From: Patescibacteria group bacterium
GTDB lineage: Bacteria > Patescibacteriota > Patescibacteriia > JAHIZJ01
Reading direction: 5' to 3'
DNA: 64,000 bases
Assembly (NCBI GenBank): GCA_028714495.1
Contig: JAQTMH010000002.1
Span: forward strand, 75,471-139,470
A program made the position numbers and the translations under genes. How positions within the stretch are numbered: the first letter of the stretch is position 1; the number at the start of each line of letters is the position of its first letter. Positions 48,532 to 58,213 of the stretch are shown one piece after another. Under the pieces are notes generated by a model, which saw only the letters and a list, made by a program, of their open reading frames with translations, did not search any database and had not been told where the DNA came from.

Positions 48532-50148
48532 TTAGTCCTTAACAGTGAATTTTATAACCTTTTGATTTTGTGACACTAGTAGGTTATAGTTAAGCCCAAT
48601 TGCAATATCTTGTACCCACTGCGCCCGATAAAAAATTTGTTTTGCATTTGTAAACTTTTCTCCATCAAAAACATACGTATCTCCAACAGTACCGATATAC
48701 CAGTATTTTTTATCACTCGCGATTGTCGTCACACTCATTTCTTCTCCTGTATCAGTCACTGTTTTATTACCGTCGAATTTATAAACATGTGCATTTTCCT
48801 GGCCGCGTGTTCCGAGAAGCCAATATGATCCATTCCATGCACCCTTGCTGATATGATAATCATTAAGAGCGGATACACGGGTAATGTTATCCCCATTATA
48901 CCAATATGCTTTTCCATCGTAAGTCAAAATGAGCCATCTTGCGCCGTCCCAAATGGCCTCCTCAATATTTTGAACATTATTATCTAATTGGTCTGGTATC
49001 TGGCTGGTAAGATCGGTGAATGTCGATCCATCATAACGGATCAGTTGCCCAAGCCTGTTCCCGAGGAGCCAATATTGGCCGTTCCAGCCGATGGCATCAA
49101 AACCCGTTAAACCAGACGAATTGGGCATTTGGCTGGATAAATTGATCATCGTGTTCCCATCAAACTCGAGAAGGGGCGCGTTCGGACTTTGAACGAGTGA
49201 AATAATCCAGTTCTGGCCATTACTTCTCAAGTTAGCCACTGATCGGTATTCTGGTCTATCAACCAAAGGTAATTTATTGGTAAGATCCACAACCCCGTTA
49301 GAATCATACTGAAATAGTTTACTGTTTGTTCCACCGATCAACGCGGTCGAACCATTAATATTAACTGTTTCTATTCCATTTCCACCAAAACCAGAAAATA
49401 ATCCACTGATATCCTCAACCTCAAGGTCTTGCAAATCCTCTATGCCAGTGAATTGGAATGTTGAAAGAACCAATTCAGCAATAGATCCTTGTTCAGGATG
49501 AACAGTTGTCTGAAGTTTGTAGTTTATTCCGTTCCGTTCAATACATAGGATATATTGAACATTGCCCTTATCGTCAATTTTTTGTCCGCGCGTTCCTTCA
49601 ACACTATCGATTGTTGTCTTGCTGGTATTGCTTAAATCCTGTAGGCACCATGACTGTGCTTGATTAGTCTGTATTTCAAAATCAATATAATACATACCCA
49701 ACTGTAAAGTGGGCAAATATCTATCGTTATATTCATCAATATTGTAGAAATTATTCATCTGAATGTGTGTGCTTGTCGATATTGATGTTTGTCTTAAATC
49801 TGGTGGATATTTAAATGAGACACTCTCGATAGTATCGGTATATGTATCCCAATATTTCAGTCGTTCATTGGTGACTAACGAGTTCGTATTCAAATTTACG
49901 CTAGAATTAGTGTTTCTGTTTAGGTTTGCATCGAGATCGTCATTTAGATTGGTGCTTGCCACCGTATTGGTATTATTGTTCGTTTGAATTGATGTAATCG
50001 TGTTGGTATTATCATTTTTAGTCTGAATCGATAGATAATAAAATACTCCGCCGACGATCAAAGCGATGGCAACTACTATGACTATCCCAATCGCCGATGA
50101 AAACCCTGCTTTTGAAGTTTTAGTTGTCTTTTTCTTCGTTCTTTTCAT
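48532..50148 (-). CDS. Membrane-anchored surface protein: one PsbP-like module plus WNG/YDG beta-propeller-like repeats
   Basis: TM, Asn/Thr linker, WDTYT..FKYP..STFQFT, then repeated W(N/D)G.YWL / YDG..F.DL. Confidence 0.75.
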   Translation of the reverse strand: MKRTKKKTTKTSKAGFSSAIGIVIVVAIALIVGGVFYYLSIQTKNDNTNTITSIQTNNNTNTVASTNLNDDLDANLNRNTNSSVNLNTNSLVTNERLKYWDTYTDTIESVSFKYPPDLRQTSISTSTHIQMNNFYNIDEYNDRYLPTLQLGMYYIDFEIQTNQAQSWCLQDLSNTSKTTIDSVEGTRGQKIDDKGNVQYILCIERNGINYKLQTTVHPEQGSIAELVLSTFQFTGIEDLQDLEVEDISGLFSGFGGNGIETVNINGSTALIGGTNSKLFQYDSNGVVDLTNKLPLVDRPEYRSVANLRSNGQNWIISLVQSPNAPLLEFDGNTMINLSSQMPNSSGLTGFDAIGWNGQYWLLGNRLGQLIRYDGSTFTDLTSQIPDQLDNNVQNIEEAIWDGARWLILTYDGKAYWYNGDNITRVSALNDYHISKGAWNGSYWLLGTRGQENAHVYKFDGNKTVTDTGEEMSVTTIASDKKYWYIGTVGDTYVFDGEKFTNAKQIFYRAQWVQDIAIGLNYNLLVSQNQKVIKFTVKD

Positions 50149-50161
50149 GGTTTGTAAAGTA

Positions 50162-51106
50162 TCAAATCTTTATATCTTCATGAAAATTTTCCTTGTACCG
50201 ATTGATAAACTCCTGCGTTGTATACGACTGTTCCTGCGTGCCATAGTACTCGATCGGATAAACCGCGGTTAAGGCGGCCAGGCGGCCAATTACCTCCAGG
50301 GAATAACTGCCTAAAAAACCCTTGATCAATCCAGCTCGATAAGCGTCTCCGGCGCCGGTTGGATCCTTAATCTCCCGAGGCTTGGCAATCGGTATCTGAA
50401 AACCCTTGTCTTTGGTTTCGATTAATGAACCAGCCTCGCCCTTGGTGGTAATGACCAGCTCGGTTTTTTTTAAAATGTCTGACTTGGTTAAACCGGTTTT
50501 TTTTAAAATCAAACCAATCTCATAGTCGTTGCCGATCACGATGCGCGCTCCCTGGATGGCAAATTTCAAATGATCAGCTGAAATTACGGGAATCTGCTGG
50601 GCCGGATCGAAGATGTAGGGTATGCTCAAACGCTGGTATTCCTTAGCATAATATAGCATATCATCCACGTTGCCGGCGACCACTATTCCGAAAAGTCCTC
50701 CGGTTTGCTTTTTTATCGCTTCAATATCGACATGGCTGGCCTCTTTCATCGCGCCCGGGTGGAAAGCGGTAATCTGGTTGTCGTCCTGGTCAGTCATAAT
50801 ATAAGCGCCGGCCGTGTGATCGTCATTTATTTTTATATGGCTTATGTCTACTCCATGCTGATTCAGCCAGTCGCGATAGGGTGAAAAATCTTTCCCGGCC
50901 GTAGCCAAAATAATCGGTTTTTCTTTTAGCAGTGAGAGGTTATAGGCAATGTTACCGGCGGTTCCGCCAAAATTCTCCCTCAGATTATTTACGTGGAAGC
51001 TGACGCTAAGCACGTGGATTTTTTCCGGCAGAATATGGTCTTTGAACCGTCCGGGAAAATCCATGATTCGATCATAGGCTAGTGAACCGGAGACGAGGAT
51101 TTTCAT
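50162..51106 (-). CDS. PfkB-family nucleoside (adenosine) kinase
   Basis: SGSLAYDRIMDFPG, GGTAGNIAY, NDYE and DPTGAGDAYRAG. Confidence 0.88.
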   Translation of the reverse strand: MKILVSGSLAYDRIMDFPGRFKDHILPEKIHVLSVSFHVNNLRENFGGTAGNIAYNLSLLKEKPIILATAGKDFSPYRDWLNQHGVDISHIKINDDHTAGAYIMTDQDDNQITAFHPGAMKEASHVDIEAIKKQTGGLFGIVVAGNVDDMLYYAKEYQRLSIPYIFDPAQQIPVISADHLKFAIQGARIVIGNDYEIGLILKKTGLTKSDILKKTELVITTKGEAGSLIETKDKGFQIPIAKPREIKDPTGAGDAYRAGLIKGFLGSYSLEVIGRLAALTAVYPIEYYGTQEQSYTTQEFINRYKENFHEDIKI

Positions 51107-51107
51107 T

Positions 51108-51193
51108 TGAAATTAAGAATTCAGAATTTAGAAGTAAGAATGAATGTATTTGACAAAGTCAAACACTTAAATTATTCATTCTTAATTATCAAT
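51108..51193. repeat. Heptamer run-hairpin-inverted heptamer run element
   Basis: AATTAAG AATTCAG AATTTAG AAGTAAG; TTTGAC-AAA-GTCAAA; ATTCATT CTTAATT ATCAATT. Confidence 0.7.
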
Positions 51194-51675
51194 TATAAAT
51201 TGTTTTTCTTCCAGTCAAACCCGATTGTCTGATCATCAGGCGCTAGGCGCTTTTCATCCGGGTTTTTAATGTCATACGGTTCGGTCGTGTGATAAAAAAG
51301 CAGCACCGGCTCTTCGCTCAAAACTTTGTAGCCGTGCGCCACGCCAATGGGAATGCGAACTACCTTGTAATCGTCCTGGCCGGCGAAAACAACCTGGGTT
51401 TCGCCCTTAGTCGCGGAATCTTCCCGCAGATCATAAAGCACGATCATCGCTTTTCCCGTGGCCACGAACCAAAGATCCTCCTGCCGCTCGTGGTAGTGGA
51501 AGGCCTTGATCGTACCTTGATAAGCCACCGTGAAAGTGGTTTGGCCGAACTTCTTGAGCAAGTCCTCGTCGTTTCGAATCACCTCCATCAGGAAACCTGG
51601 TTTGTCCGAATCCTCTTTCCGATCGGGTATGTCTTGGTGGACTTTTAAAGATTTAATCTGTACACCATGGATCAT
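51193..51675 (-). CDS. rfbC: dTDP-4-dehydrorhamnose 3,5-epimerase family (cupin)
   Basis: IKAFHYH, YDLREDS and IPIGVAHGY. Confidence 0.88.
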   Translation of the reverse strand: MIHGVQIKSLKVHQDIPDRKEDSDKPGFLMEVIRNDEDLLKKFGQTTFTVAYQGTIKAFHYHERQEDLWFVATGKAMIVLYDLREDSATKGETQVVFAGQDDYKVVRIPIGVAHGYKVLSEEPVLLFYHTTEPYDIKNPDEKRLAPDDQTIGFDWKKNNL

Positions 51676-52402
51676 GGCCGGTATCTTTAATGGTCTTGGC
51701 TACGAGTTGTCCCGCCTCTAATAAACTTTCGAAAGATTCGCCGCCGTCTCCCCACCAACCCTTGAGCACGCTGTAAGTCATGGTACTTTCCTTGATGAAA
51801 TAATTATTTACGTCAGTGATTTCGAGTTCACCGCGTTTCGACGGTTTGAGGGTATTTACCACATCAAATACGCTACTGTCATACATGTACAAACCGATAA
51901 CCGCTAAATTGGACTTTGGTTTTTTCGGCTTTTCTTCAATGTTAATGATGCGGTCGCCGTCAATCTCCGCGATGCCTAGAGATTGCGGATATTTCGTCTC
52001 CTTCAAAAATATCTTTGCCCCGCTTGGCTGTTTTTCAAAATCTTGAACCGCCTCTTTTATGTCATCAACTAGGATATTATCGCCCAACATCACAATAATC
52101 TTGCCCCCGTCGATAAAATCCTTGGCCAAACCCAGGGCTTGGGCGATTCCCCCCGGTTCTTCTTGCACTTCATACGAGAATTTTACGCCAAATCTTTTTC
52201 CTGAACCCAGTAATTCCAGCAAATGGCCTACATGTCCTTTTCCGGAAACCACGAGAATATCCTCGATGCCCGCTTTTTTTAAAGTCGCGATCGGATAGTA
52301 AATCATCGGTCTATTAAACACCGGCAAAAGGTGTTTATTTGTCACCCGGGTGAGTGGGGCTAAACGCGAACCAGTCCCCCCGGCTAAAATTACGCCTTTC
52401 AT
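51653..52402 (-). CDS. rfbA: Glucose-1-phosphate thymidylyltransferase
   Basis: GVILAGGTGSRL, KHLLPV, LGDNI, EEKP and RGELEITD. Confidence 0.93.
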   Translation of the reverse strand: MKGVILAGGTGSRLAPLTRVTNKHLLPVFNRPMIYYPIATLKKAGIEDILVVSGKGHVGHLLELLGSGKRFGVKFSYEVQEEPGGIAQALGLAKDFIDGGKIIVMLGDNILVDDIKEAVQDFEKQPSGAKIFLKETKYPQSLGIAEIDGDRIINIEEKPKKPKSNLAVIGLYMYDSSVFDVVNTLKPSKRGELEITDVNNYFIKESTMTYSVLKGWWGDGGESFESLLEAGQLVAKTIKDTGHDPWCTD

Positions 52403-52418
52403 AGTTTTTTATTATGTG

Positions 52419-52658
52419 TTAATGGTTTTTTAGGTCGTCTCGTAGCAAGCTAGTTAATAAGCCACTGATCAATGTTACCACCAGCAAAATCGACAAGTCA
52501 AAGTAGTTTGAGACGAAGTTTTCAAATATTTTATCCAGCAATAATAAGCCTAAATAGGTTACCAGCGAACTAATAAATATTTGCTCAGTTAACTTTTTTA
52601 GAAACCAGAAAAGGCTTTGGCTGCTGGTGGCTACTGGTTTGGCTTCGGTCTGGCTCAT
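52419..52658 (-). CDS. Small 2-TM hypothetical protein
   Basis: Hydrophobic ORF tightly packed in the operon. Confidence 0.65.
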   Translation of the reverse strand: MSQTEAKPVATSSQSLFWFLKKLTEQIFISSLVTYLGLLLLDKIFENFVSNYFDLSILLVVTLISGLLTSLLRDDLKNH

Positions 52659-52661
52659 TTC

Positions 52662-54347
52662 TTAAAAAATCTTTTTTAAAAATGACTTAAATCTGGGCAG
52701 TAGATTGCTGAAGGTAATCGGATCTTTTTCAAACTTTACCGAGACTTCATTAATCTTGAATATTCTGTTGTTCTCGACCAAACCCGGCAAATGAACCATA
52801 AATCTAACAGTATTATTTTCAGTGTACAAATAGGGCACCTCAACTGTCTGGCTCACCACTTCCCAGTTTCCTTCATGGAGAGCTTCCGGGTAATCGGCGA
52901 TAATGTAATCATATTTATCAATATCCGATTGTTTCATAATAACGCTTAATTCACTGATTCCAAAGTACGGATCAAAGTACTGTTCTGGCTCAAACGAGAA
53001 AAAACCGTTGCCTCTAATGAAAATATCGTTTTTCGGCGACACAATCTCCTGAATTTTTCCAGCTCCGCCGGTTTCCACCGAATATTCTTTGTGAAGTTGA
53101 TCTATTTTTACCTCAGCTCCACCGATTTTTACCGTTTGAAAACCGTTGGCATGAGCGGTGCGCACTTGAAAACTATTTCCGTTTGAATAAATCGTCGTTG
53201 GCCGCTCCACCAAATCAGGAAAAGCTCCACGATACTCGTTATTATCAGTCAGGTAAAGGAAATCGGCGAAAACTATCAGGTGTTGTTTGGTTTCGATTTT
53301 CCGTATAAATATCTCATCGTTTTTTATGCCCAAACGGATGCGATACAAACCGTTCGCTGGCTTGGGAATAGATAATTGGACTTCTTTCTGGACTGATGGC
53401 TTACCGTTGGCGGAAGAATTACCATCATCAGCTACTTCAATGCTTTCCACCTTTTCCTCACCCTTAAATACGTCAATTGCGAAATCATCCGCGCCTGAAT
53501 GCCGATTTATATCCTGAATGAAAAATTTAAAGTCGAGCGGTTCATTCTCAAGGTAGGCATATATCTCATGCTCACCCCTGATGCTTGAATCAATAGTGGT
53601 AATCTCCTGGGATGACTGATAGTCGGGTATTTTCAGATATGGACTTAGATCAATATTACTGCGCAGGACTTTTGCGTGGTTCGGAATTCTATTTAAAAAT
53701 TCTTTTATACTGGAAGAGGTCGCTCCGTTTTCTGGTTCGTCCAATCGATCGTTTAAAGTACTCAACTCGGCCTTCAACCTTGAGATCTCACCGCTGTTTA
53801 GGCCACCCTCTTTCTCCTCTTCAGTTTGAATCTGCTCTTCAAGCTTATTTATTTCCTGGTCCAAAACCATAGCCTCGTCATCTCGCTGGTACAAAACCAG
53901 ATTGTCTTCGCGGATTTTTTTCCAATAGCCAGGCAGGTTTTCCAGAGTCGAATTATAAACCCCAAGGTTTTTAAAATAATTATCTCCGCCCTTTTGGGTA
54001 ACGCCCAATATTATATTGTTTTGCCCTGATGGATTCTGATATTTCAAAGTAACTGTGGCTTTTGGAAATACCCGGGGAACTTTTACGTCAAAATAGACGG
54101 GTTCCTGGGTGATATAGCGAAAATAGTCCATTGTCCCCTTGGCCGATCCGATCAATTCGTCTTTCTCTTTTGAAGCGAAATTTTGAACCAGGGGCGATTC
54201 CTGGTCCCCCACCCGATAAACCACCATCATTGAACCGAATGGCACGAAATTTTTATTCAAAAGCCACACCACAATCGCAATCGGGGCAATTATAAAAATT
54301 ATTCCGGTTATCCGCAAAGCTCTTTTGGCTGATTTGCTTGGTTCCAT
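52662..54347 (-). CDS. Hypothetical membrane-anchored extracellular protein
   Basis: 561-aa ORF with an N-terminal TM and a short coiled coil. Confidence 0.75.
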   Translation of the reverse strand: MEPSKSAKRALRITGIIFIIAPIAIVVWLLNKNFVPFGSMMVVYRVGDQESPLVQNFASKEKDELIGSAKGTMDYFRYITQEPVYFDVKVPRVFPKATVTLKYQNPSGQNNIILGVTQKGGDNYFKNLGVYNSTLENLPGYWKKIREDNLVLYQRDDEAMVLDQEINKLEEQIQTEEEKEGGLNSGEISRLKAELSTLNDRLDEPENGATSSSIKEFLNRIPNHAKVLRSNIDLSPYLKIPDYQSSQEITTIDSSIRGEHEIYAYLENEPLDFKFFIQDINRHSGADDFAIDVFKGEEKVESIEVADDGNSSANGKPSVQKEVQLSIPKPANGLYRIRLGIKNDEIFIRKIETKQHLIVFADFLYLTDNNEYRGAFPDLVERPTTIYSNGNSFQVRTAHANGFQTVKIGGAEVKIDQLHKEYSVETGGAGKIQEIVSPKNDIFIRGNGFFSFEPEQYFDPYFGISELSVIMKQSDIDKYDYIIADYPEALHEGNWEVVSQTVEVPYLYTENNTVRFMVHLPGLVENNRIFKINEVSVKFEKDPITFSNLLPRFKSFLKKIF

Positions 54348-54411
54348 GGCTTGAAAAACTATTTTCTGATATCGCTAGAATAGCACAATTCTATCAATAA
54401 ATCCAGGCTCT

Positions 54412-56094
54412 TTAGGGAAATTCCAGTTTATAAAAGCTTGCCTGGTCAGACAGAGTGGAGAGTTCGATTAGTTTAATCGTGGGTAAAAACGCTGCCGCTT
54501 GCTTCTCGAGTTCTTGGCAATTTATTTCAACCGGCTGGCAATAATAATAAATCGGCGCCTGCTTTGCCAAACCTTTTATTTCGACGCGCAACTTAATGTT
54601 TCCCAGGTCAAAAGCGGCGATAACTTTGCGCTCAGGAAAAATCACCTTGTCCCCTTTGCCGGTTATCACCACGGAATTCTTCGGGGTTAATTTGACAACC
54701 TCTTGGCTAACTTTTTCATATCCGGCAATATCTCGACGAATTTTTGCCAGACCATAAAGCGGATCAAAAAGCACCGTCGTGATCGAAAGAGCGACGATTA
54801 AACATGCCAGGAAAATTCCGAAAAATATTTTCAACTTTTTCGTCTTAAACCAATCGATCATCCATGATAAACCAGTTGCGCAAAACGGCAAGCTAAAAAT
54901 AAACACTGGCAGCCAATAACGCAGATATGAGTGTCCGAGGATGATCCGATCCGGGTCGGAGAATTCCTTGAGATCCCAGCTGCCATAATACAAAACCAAC
55001 CAAATTAAAATAAACAAGAATGCTAAGGCGTATGTCTTTTGCCCTCGGGTAATTCTTCCTGATTCGCTTGGCTTTAGCCAATCTCTCAGCCAATTTCTAA
55101 AGAATAAAACTAGGCCGAGACCAAAGGGAATCGCGTACCAGGGAAAGATGACGATAAAATAATCATAAAAATTGTGAAGCGCCAGTCCGAGGTTCAAGCC
55201 AAAGGGAAATAGCGCCTGGCTGATTTTTAAACCTAGGCCGGTTGTGGCTGAACCGATCGTGCCAAAATCAAGCGTTTCCTGGGAATAGCCAAAAGCCAGA
55301 GGGTTTCCGTATAACTTATTGTTTAAATAGCCAATCGGCAACAAGAACAGGCAGAGAGTGAGTAAAGAGACGGCGGCTTTAAGCCAGCTAATGCGCTTTT
55401 TAAAAACTAAAAATAATATTAACAGCATTGGCAAAAGCCAGATGGCCTCTGAAACTCGAAATATTATCGCTAAACCCAACGCAATTCCAAGAAAGATGTA
55501 ATTCATTAGTTTGGAAAAACGCACTGCCTTGATAAAAAAATAAACCGTGATAATAACGCAACTCGCGAAAGGAACATTGTGCATCATGCTTCGTCCTGAA
55601 AAATACCAAAAAGCCGGCTGGAGAAAAAGCAGCAACGAGCTAAAAAAAGCAATTCTATTATCAAATAACTGTTTTACCAACAAATAGAAAAATATCACGG
55701 CGATGATCGCGATCATCGGTGTGATAAATCTGACCATTGCTAGACTAAAAACTTTCGCTATTAAACCATAGATTAGCGGCAAACCAATAAAGCTATTCGG
55801 CACCAGCTTGCCCTGTACCATATCGGTATAGGGCTTGCCCTCAACTAAATCCACGCTGCGCGGTCGGATCAAGCCCGGAGCAAAGGAATCAAGCGGCTCT
55901 GAAACGCTTAAGCTGGAACTTTGCGCAAACGACTTGGTAAAAAAATAATTGGCTGTTTCGTCAGGAGATACAAATTTTGTAGGCGAACCAAAGGAACTGA
56001 AAGAGTACAAAACGAAAAAAGCCGCCCCAAGCAATACTAACATTATTAGCTCGGGTTTGCGCTTCAAAAAAGATGTTCTCGGTAATAACGTCAT
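54412..56094 (-). CDS. GT-C fold (PMT_2-like) membrane glycosyltransferase
   Basis: SPDETAN (DE motif), more than 10 TMs, YGNPL and RYWLP. Confidence 0.8.
   Translation of the reverse strand: MTLLPRTSFLKRKPELIMLVLLGAAFFVLYSFSSFGSPTKFVSPDETANYFFTKSFAQSSSLSVSEPLDSFAPGLIRPRSVDLVEGKPYTDMVQGKLVPNSFIGLPLIYGLIAKVFSLAMVRFITPMIAIIAVIFFYLLVKQLFDNRIAFFSSLLLFLQPAFWYFSGRSMMHNVPFASCVIITVYFFIKAVRFSKLMNYIFLGIALGLAIIFRVSEAIWLLPMLLILFLVFKKRISWLKAAVSLLTLCLFLLPIGYLNNKLYGNPLAFGYSQETLDFGTIGSATTGLGLKISQALFPFGLNLGLALHNFYDYFIVIFPWYAIPFGLGLVLFFRNWLRDWLKPSESGRITRGQKTYALAFLFILIWLVLYYGSWDLKEFSDPDRIILGHSYLRYWLPVFIFSLPFCATGLSWMIDWFKTKKLKIFFGIFLACLIVALSITTVLFDPLYGLAKIRRDIAGYEKVSQEVVKLTPKNSVVITGKGDKVIFPERKVIAAFDLGNIKLRVEIKGLAKQAPIYYYCQPVEINCQELEKQAAAFLPTIKLIELSTLSDQASFYKLEFP
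55807..55833 (-). mobile_element. In-frame 27-bp palindromic insertion
   Basis: CCCTATACC-GATAT-GGTACAGGG; GCTTGCCCT repeated 27 bp apart; 20/23 identical to 26621-26643. Confidence 0.75.
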
Positions 56095-56266
56095 ACTATC
56101 TCATAGTTTACACGTTTTTCGACATAATTCAAACACCCTTAGGCATACTAAATTGTCCTACCCAGCAATCCCTCTCGTGTAATTGCTGACCTCTCTATCC
56201 CTTGCCAAAGAATGGCCTTTTGTGGTTAAATATAAACGTAAATCAAAATTAAATAGGCAAGGAACC

Positions 56267-56356
56267 ATGAAATTTTTAGTTACCGGCGGCGCTGGAGCCT
56301 GCCCCACACCCCGGCAAGTTAATAGAATCATTTATCAACATAATTACTACTTATGA
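56267..56356 (+). pseudogene. Abandoned 5' end of an NDP-sugar epimerase gene (29-aa upstream ORF)
   Basis: MKFLVTGGAG followed by unrelated residues; the TGA overlaps the ATG of the intact gene. Confidence 0.7.
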
Positions 56357-57279
56357 AATTCTTAGTAACCGGTGGTGCGGGGTTTATTGGCTCTCATCTG
56401 GTCGAAACCCTGATCAAACAAGGCAATCAAGTCCGAATTTTAGACAATCTCTCAACCGGCAAACGAAAAAATCTGCACCCAAAGGCCGAATTCATCGAAG
56501 CAGACATACGGAACCTTGATCAAACACGCCCGGCTTTTGTAGGGATTGACGGTGTTTTCCACGTCGCCGCTCTTCCCCGTGTCCAGGCTTCAATCGCTAA
56601 TCCCCTAGAATGCAATGGTTCAAATATCGATGGCACTTTAAACGTAATCTGGGCGGCCAAGGAAGCAGGTGTGAAAAAAATTGTTTACTCAGCCTCCTCA
56701 TCAGCTTATGGAGATTCGAAAGAGCTGCCTCTGAAAGAAACGATGAAGTCTGATCCGATCAGCCCCTACGCTCTCCAGAAATACGTCGGCGAGGTATATA
56801 TGAAATTAGCCGCCATGTTCTGGGGATTGGAAACAGTCTCACTCCGTTATTTCAACGTCTTTGGTCCGAATATGGCCGCCGAAGGAGCCTATGTTACAGT
56901 CATCGCCATATTTAACAGGCAAAAGCTTAATAATCAGCCACTAACTGCCACTGGAGACGGCGAGCAAACCCGTGATTTTACCTATGTCGATGACGTTATC
57001 CGAGCCAATTTATTAGCCATGGCTAGCACAAAAGTCGGCCAAGGCGAAGTTATTAATATCGGTAATAGCGACAATCGCAGCGTGAATTACATCGCGAAGG
57101 TAATCGGCGGGCCAGTCGAACATATCGCGGCGCGTGTCGAACCGCGCAACACTCTGGCTGACACCAGTAAAGCGAAGGAGCTTATCGGCTGGCAGCCTCA
57201 AGTCAGCTTCGACGAGGGTTTAAAAAGAACTATTAAATGGTATCAAGATAACGCGAATGAATTCATTACCCGAAAATAA
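56353..57279 (+). CDS. NAD-dependent NDP-sugar epimerase/dehydratase
   Basis: TGGAGFIGSH, YALQK, LRYFNVFGP and GEQTRDFTYV. Confidence 0.93.
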   Translation: MKFLVTGGAGFIGSHLVETLIKQGNQVRILDNLSTGKRKNLHPKAEFIEADIRNLDQTRPAFVGIDGVFHVAALPRVQASIANPLECNGSNIDGTLNVIWAAKEAGVKKIVYSASSSAYGDSKELPLKETMKSDPISPYALQKYVGEVYMKLAAMFWGLETVSLRYFNVFGPNMAAEGAYVTVIAIFNRQKLNNQPLTATGDGEQTRDFTYVDDVIRANLLAMASTKVGQGEVINIGNSDNRSVNYIAKVIGGPVEHIAARVEPRNTLADTSKAKELIGWQPQVSFDEGLKRTIKWYQDNANEFITRK

Positions 57280-58213
57280 ATCGATTTTAAAATATTCAGT
57301 CATTGTCCCAGTTTATAACGAAGAAGGGGCAGTAACCACACTCCATGCCGAAATAAAGTCGGTCATGGAACGCTTGGCCGAACCCTACGAAATTATCTTT
57401 GTTGATGATGGAAGCAAGGATAAAACATACGATAATCTTTTTACTCTCTCCCCTATAAAAATAATCCGCTTCCGGAAAAACTACGGTCAGACTGCGGCGC
57501 TGGATGCCGGTTTCAAAAACGCTCAGGGAGAAATCTTTATTACCATGGATGGCGATGGACAAAACGATCCGGCTGACATTCCGCGCCTGCTCAAGAAAAT
57601 GGATGAGGGCTATGATCTGGTTTCAGGCTGGCGTAGAAATAGAAAGGATTCATATTCGAAGCGATTTATATCCCGCGGCGCAAACTTGCTTCGCAAGTTC
57701 TTCGTCGCCGACCATATTAGAGATTCGGGCTGTACTCTCAAGGTTTACCGGCGAGAGTGTTTTGTCGATCTCGATCTCTTCGGTGAAATCCACCGTCTCA
57801 TACCGGCGGTACTGGCCTGGAAAGGCTTTAAAATCGGCGAACTAGAAGTCAATCATCGGCCGCGTCTTCACGGCAAAACAAAGTACAATTGGAAACGCAT
57901 GCTAAAAGGCCTCATTGACATGATGAGTGTCTGGTTCTGGCGGAAATACGCCAGCCGACCCCTGCATCTCTTTGGCGGGCTCGGTATTTTGTTCGGCAGT
58001 ATCGGATTCATTCTTGGTCTTACGCTGACTGTCCTGCGAATTTTACGAATTATCTCATTACAGAACAGCATTTGGCCGTTGGTGGCCGTCTTTCTCATCC
58101 TCGCTAGCATCCAGCTTTTTGTTTCGGGACTCCTGGGCGATATTGCGGTTAAAACATACTATAATGGCAAACGGAGCGTTTACACCATCCGGGAAATAAT
58201 TGAGAAAAAGTAA
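57257..58213 (+). CDS. Polyprenol-phosphate glycosyltransferase (GT2, ArnC/DPM1-like)
   Basis: VPVYNEE, VDDGS, NYGQTAA, MDGDGQNDP and 2 C-terminal TMs. Confidence 0.92.
   Translation: MNSLPENKSILKYSVIVPVYNEEGAVTTLHAEIKSVMERLAEPYEIIFVDDGSKDKTYDNLFTLSPIKIIRFRKNYGQTAALDAGFKNAQGEIFITMDGDGQNDPADIPRLLKKMDEGYDLVSGWRRNRKDSYSKRFISRGANLLRKFFVADHIRDSGCTLKVYRRECFVDLDLFGEIHRLIPAVLAWKGFKIGELEVNHRPRLHGKTKYNWKRMLKGLIDMMSVWFWRKYASRPLHLFGGLGILFGSIGFILGLTLTVLRILRIISLQNSIWPLVAVFLILASIQLFVSGLLGDIAVKTYYNGKRSVYTIREIIEKK

Noticed and set aside
46858-50148. Diversity-generating retroelement target
   Set aside because: No reverse transcriptase and no template/variable repeat pair with adenine-specific differences
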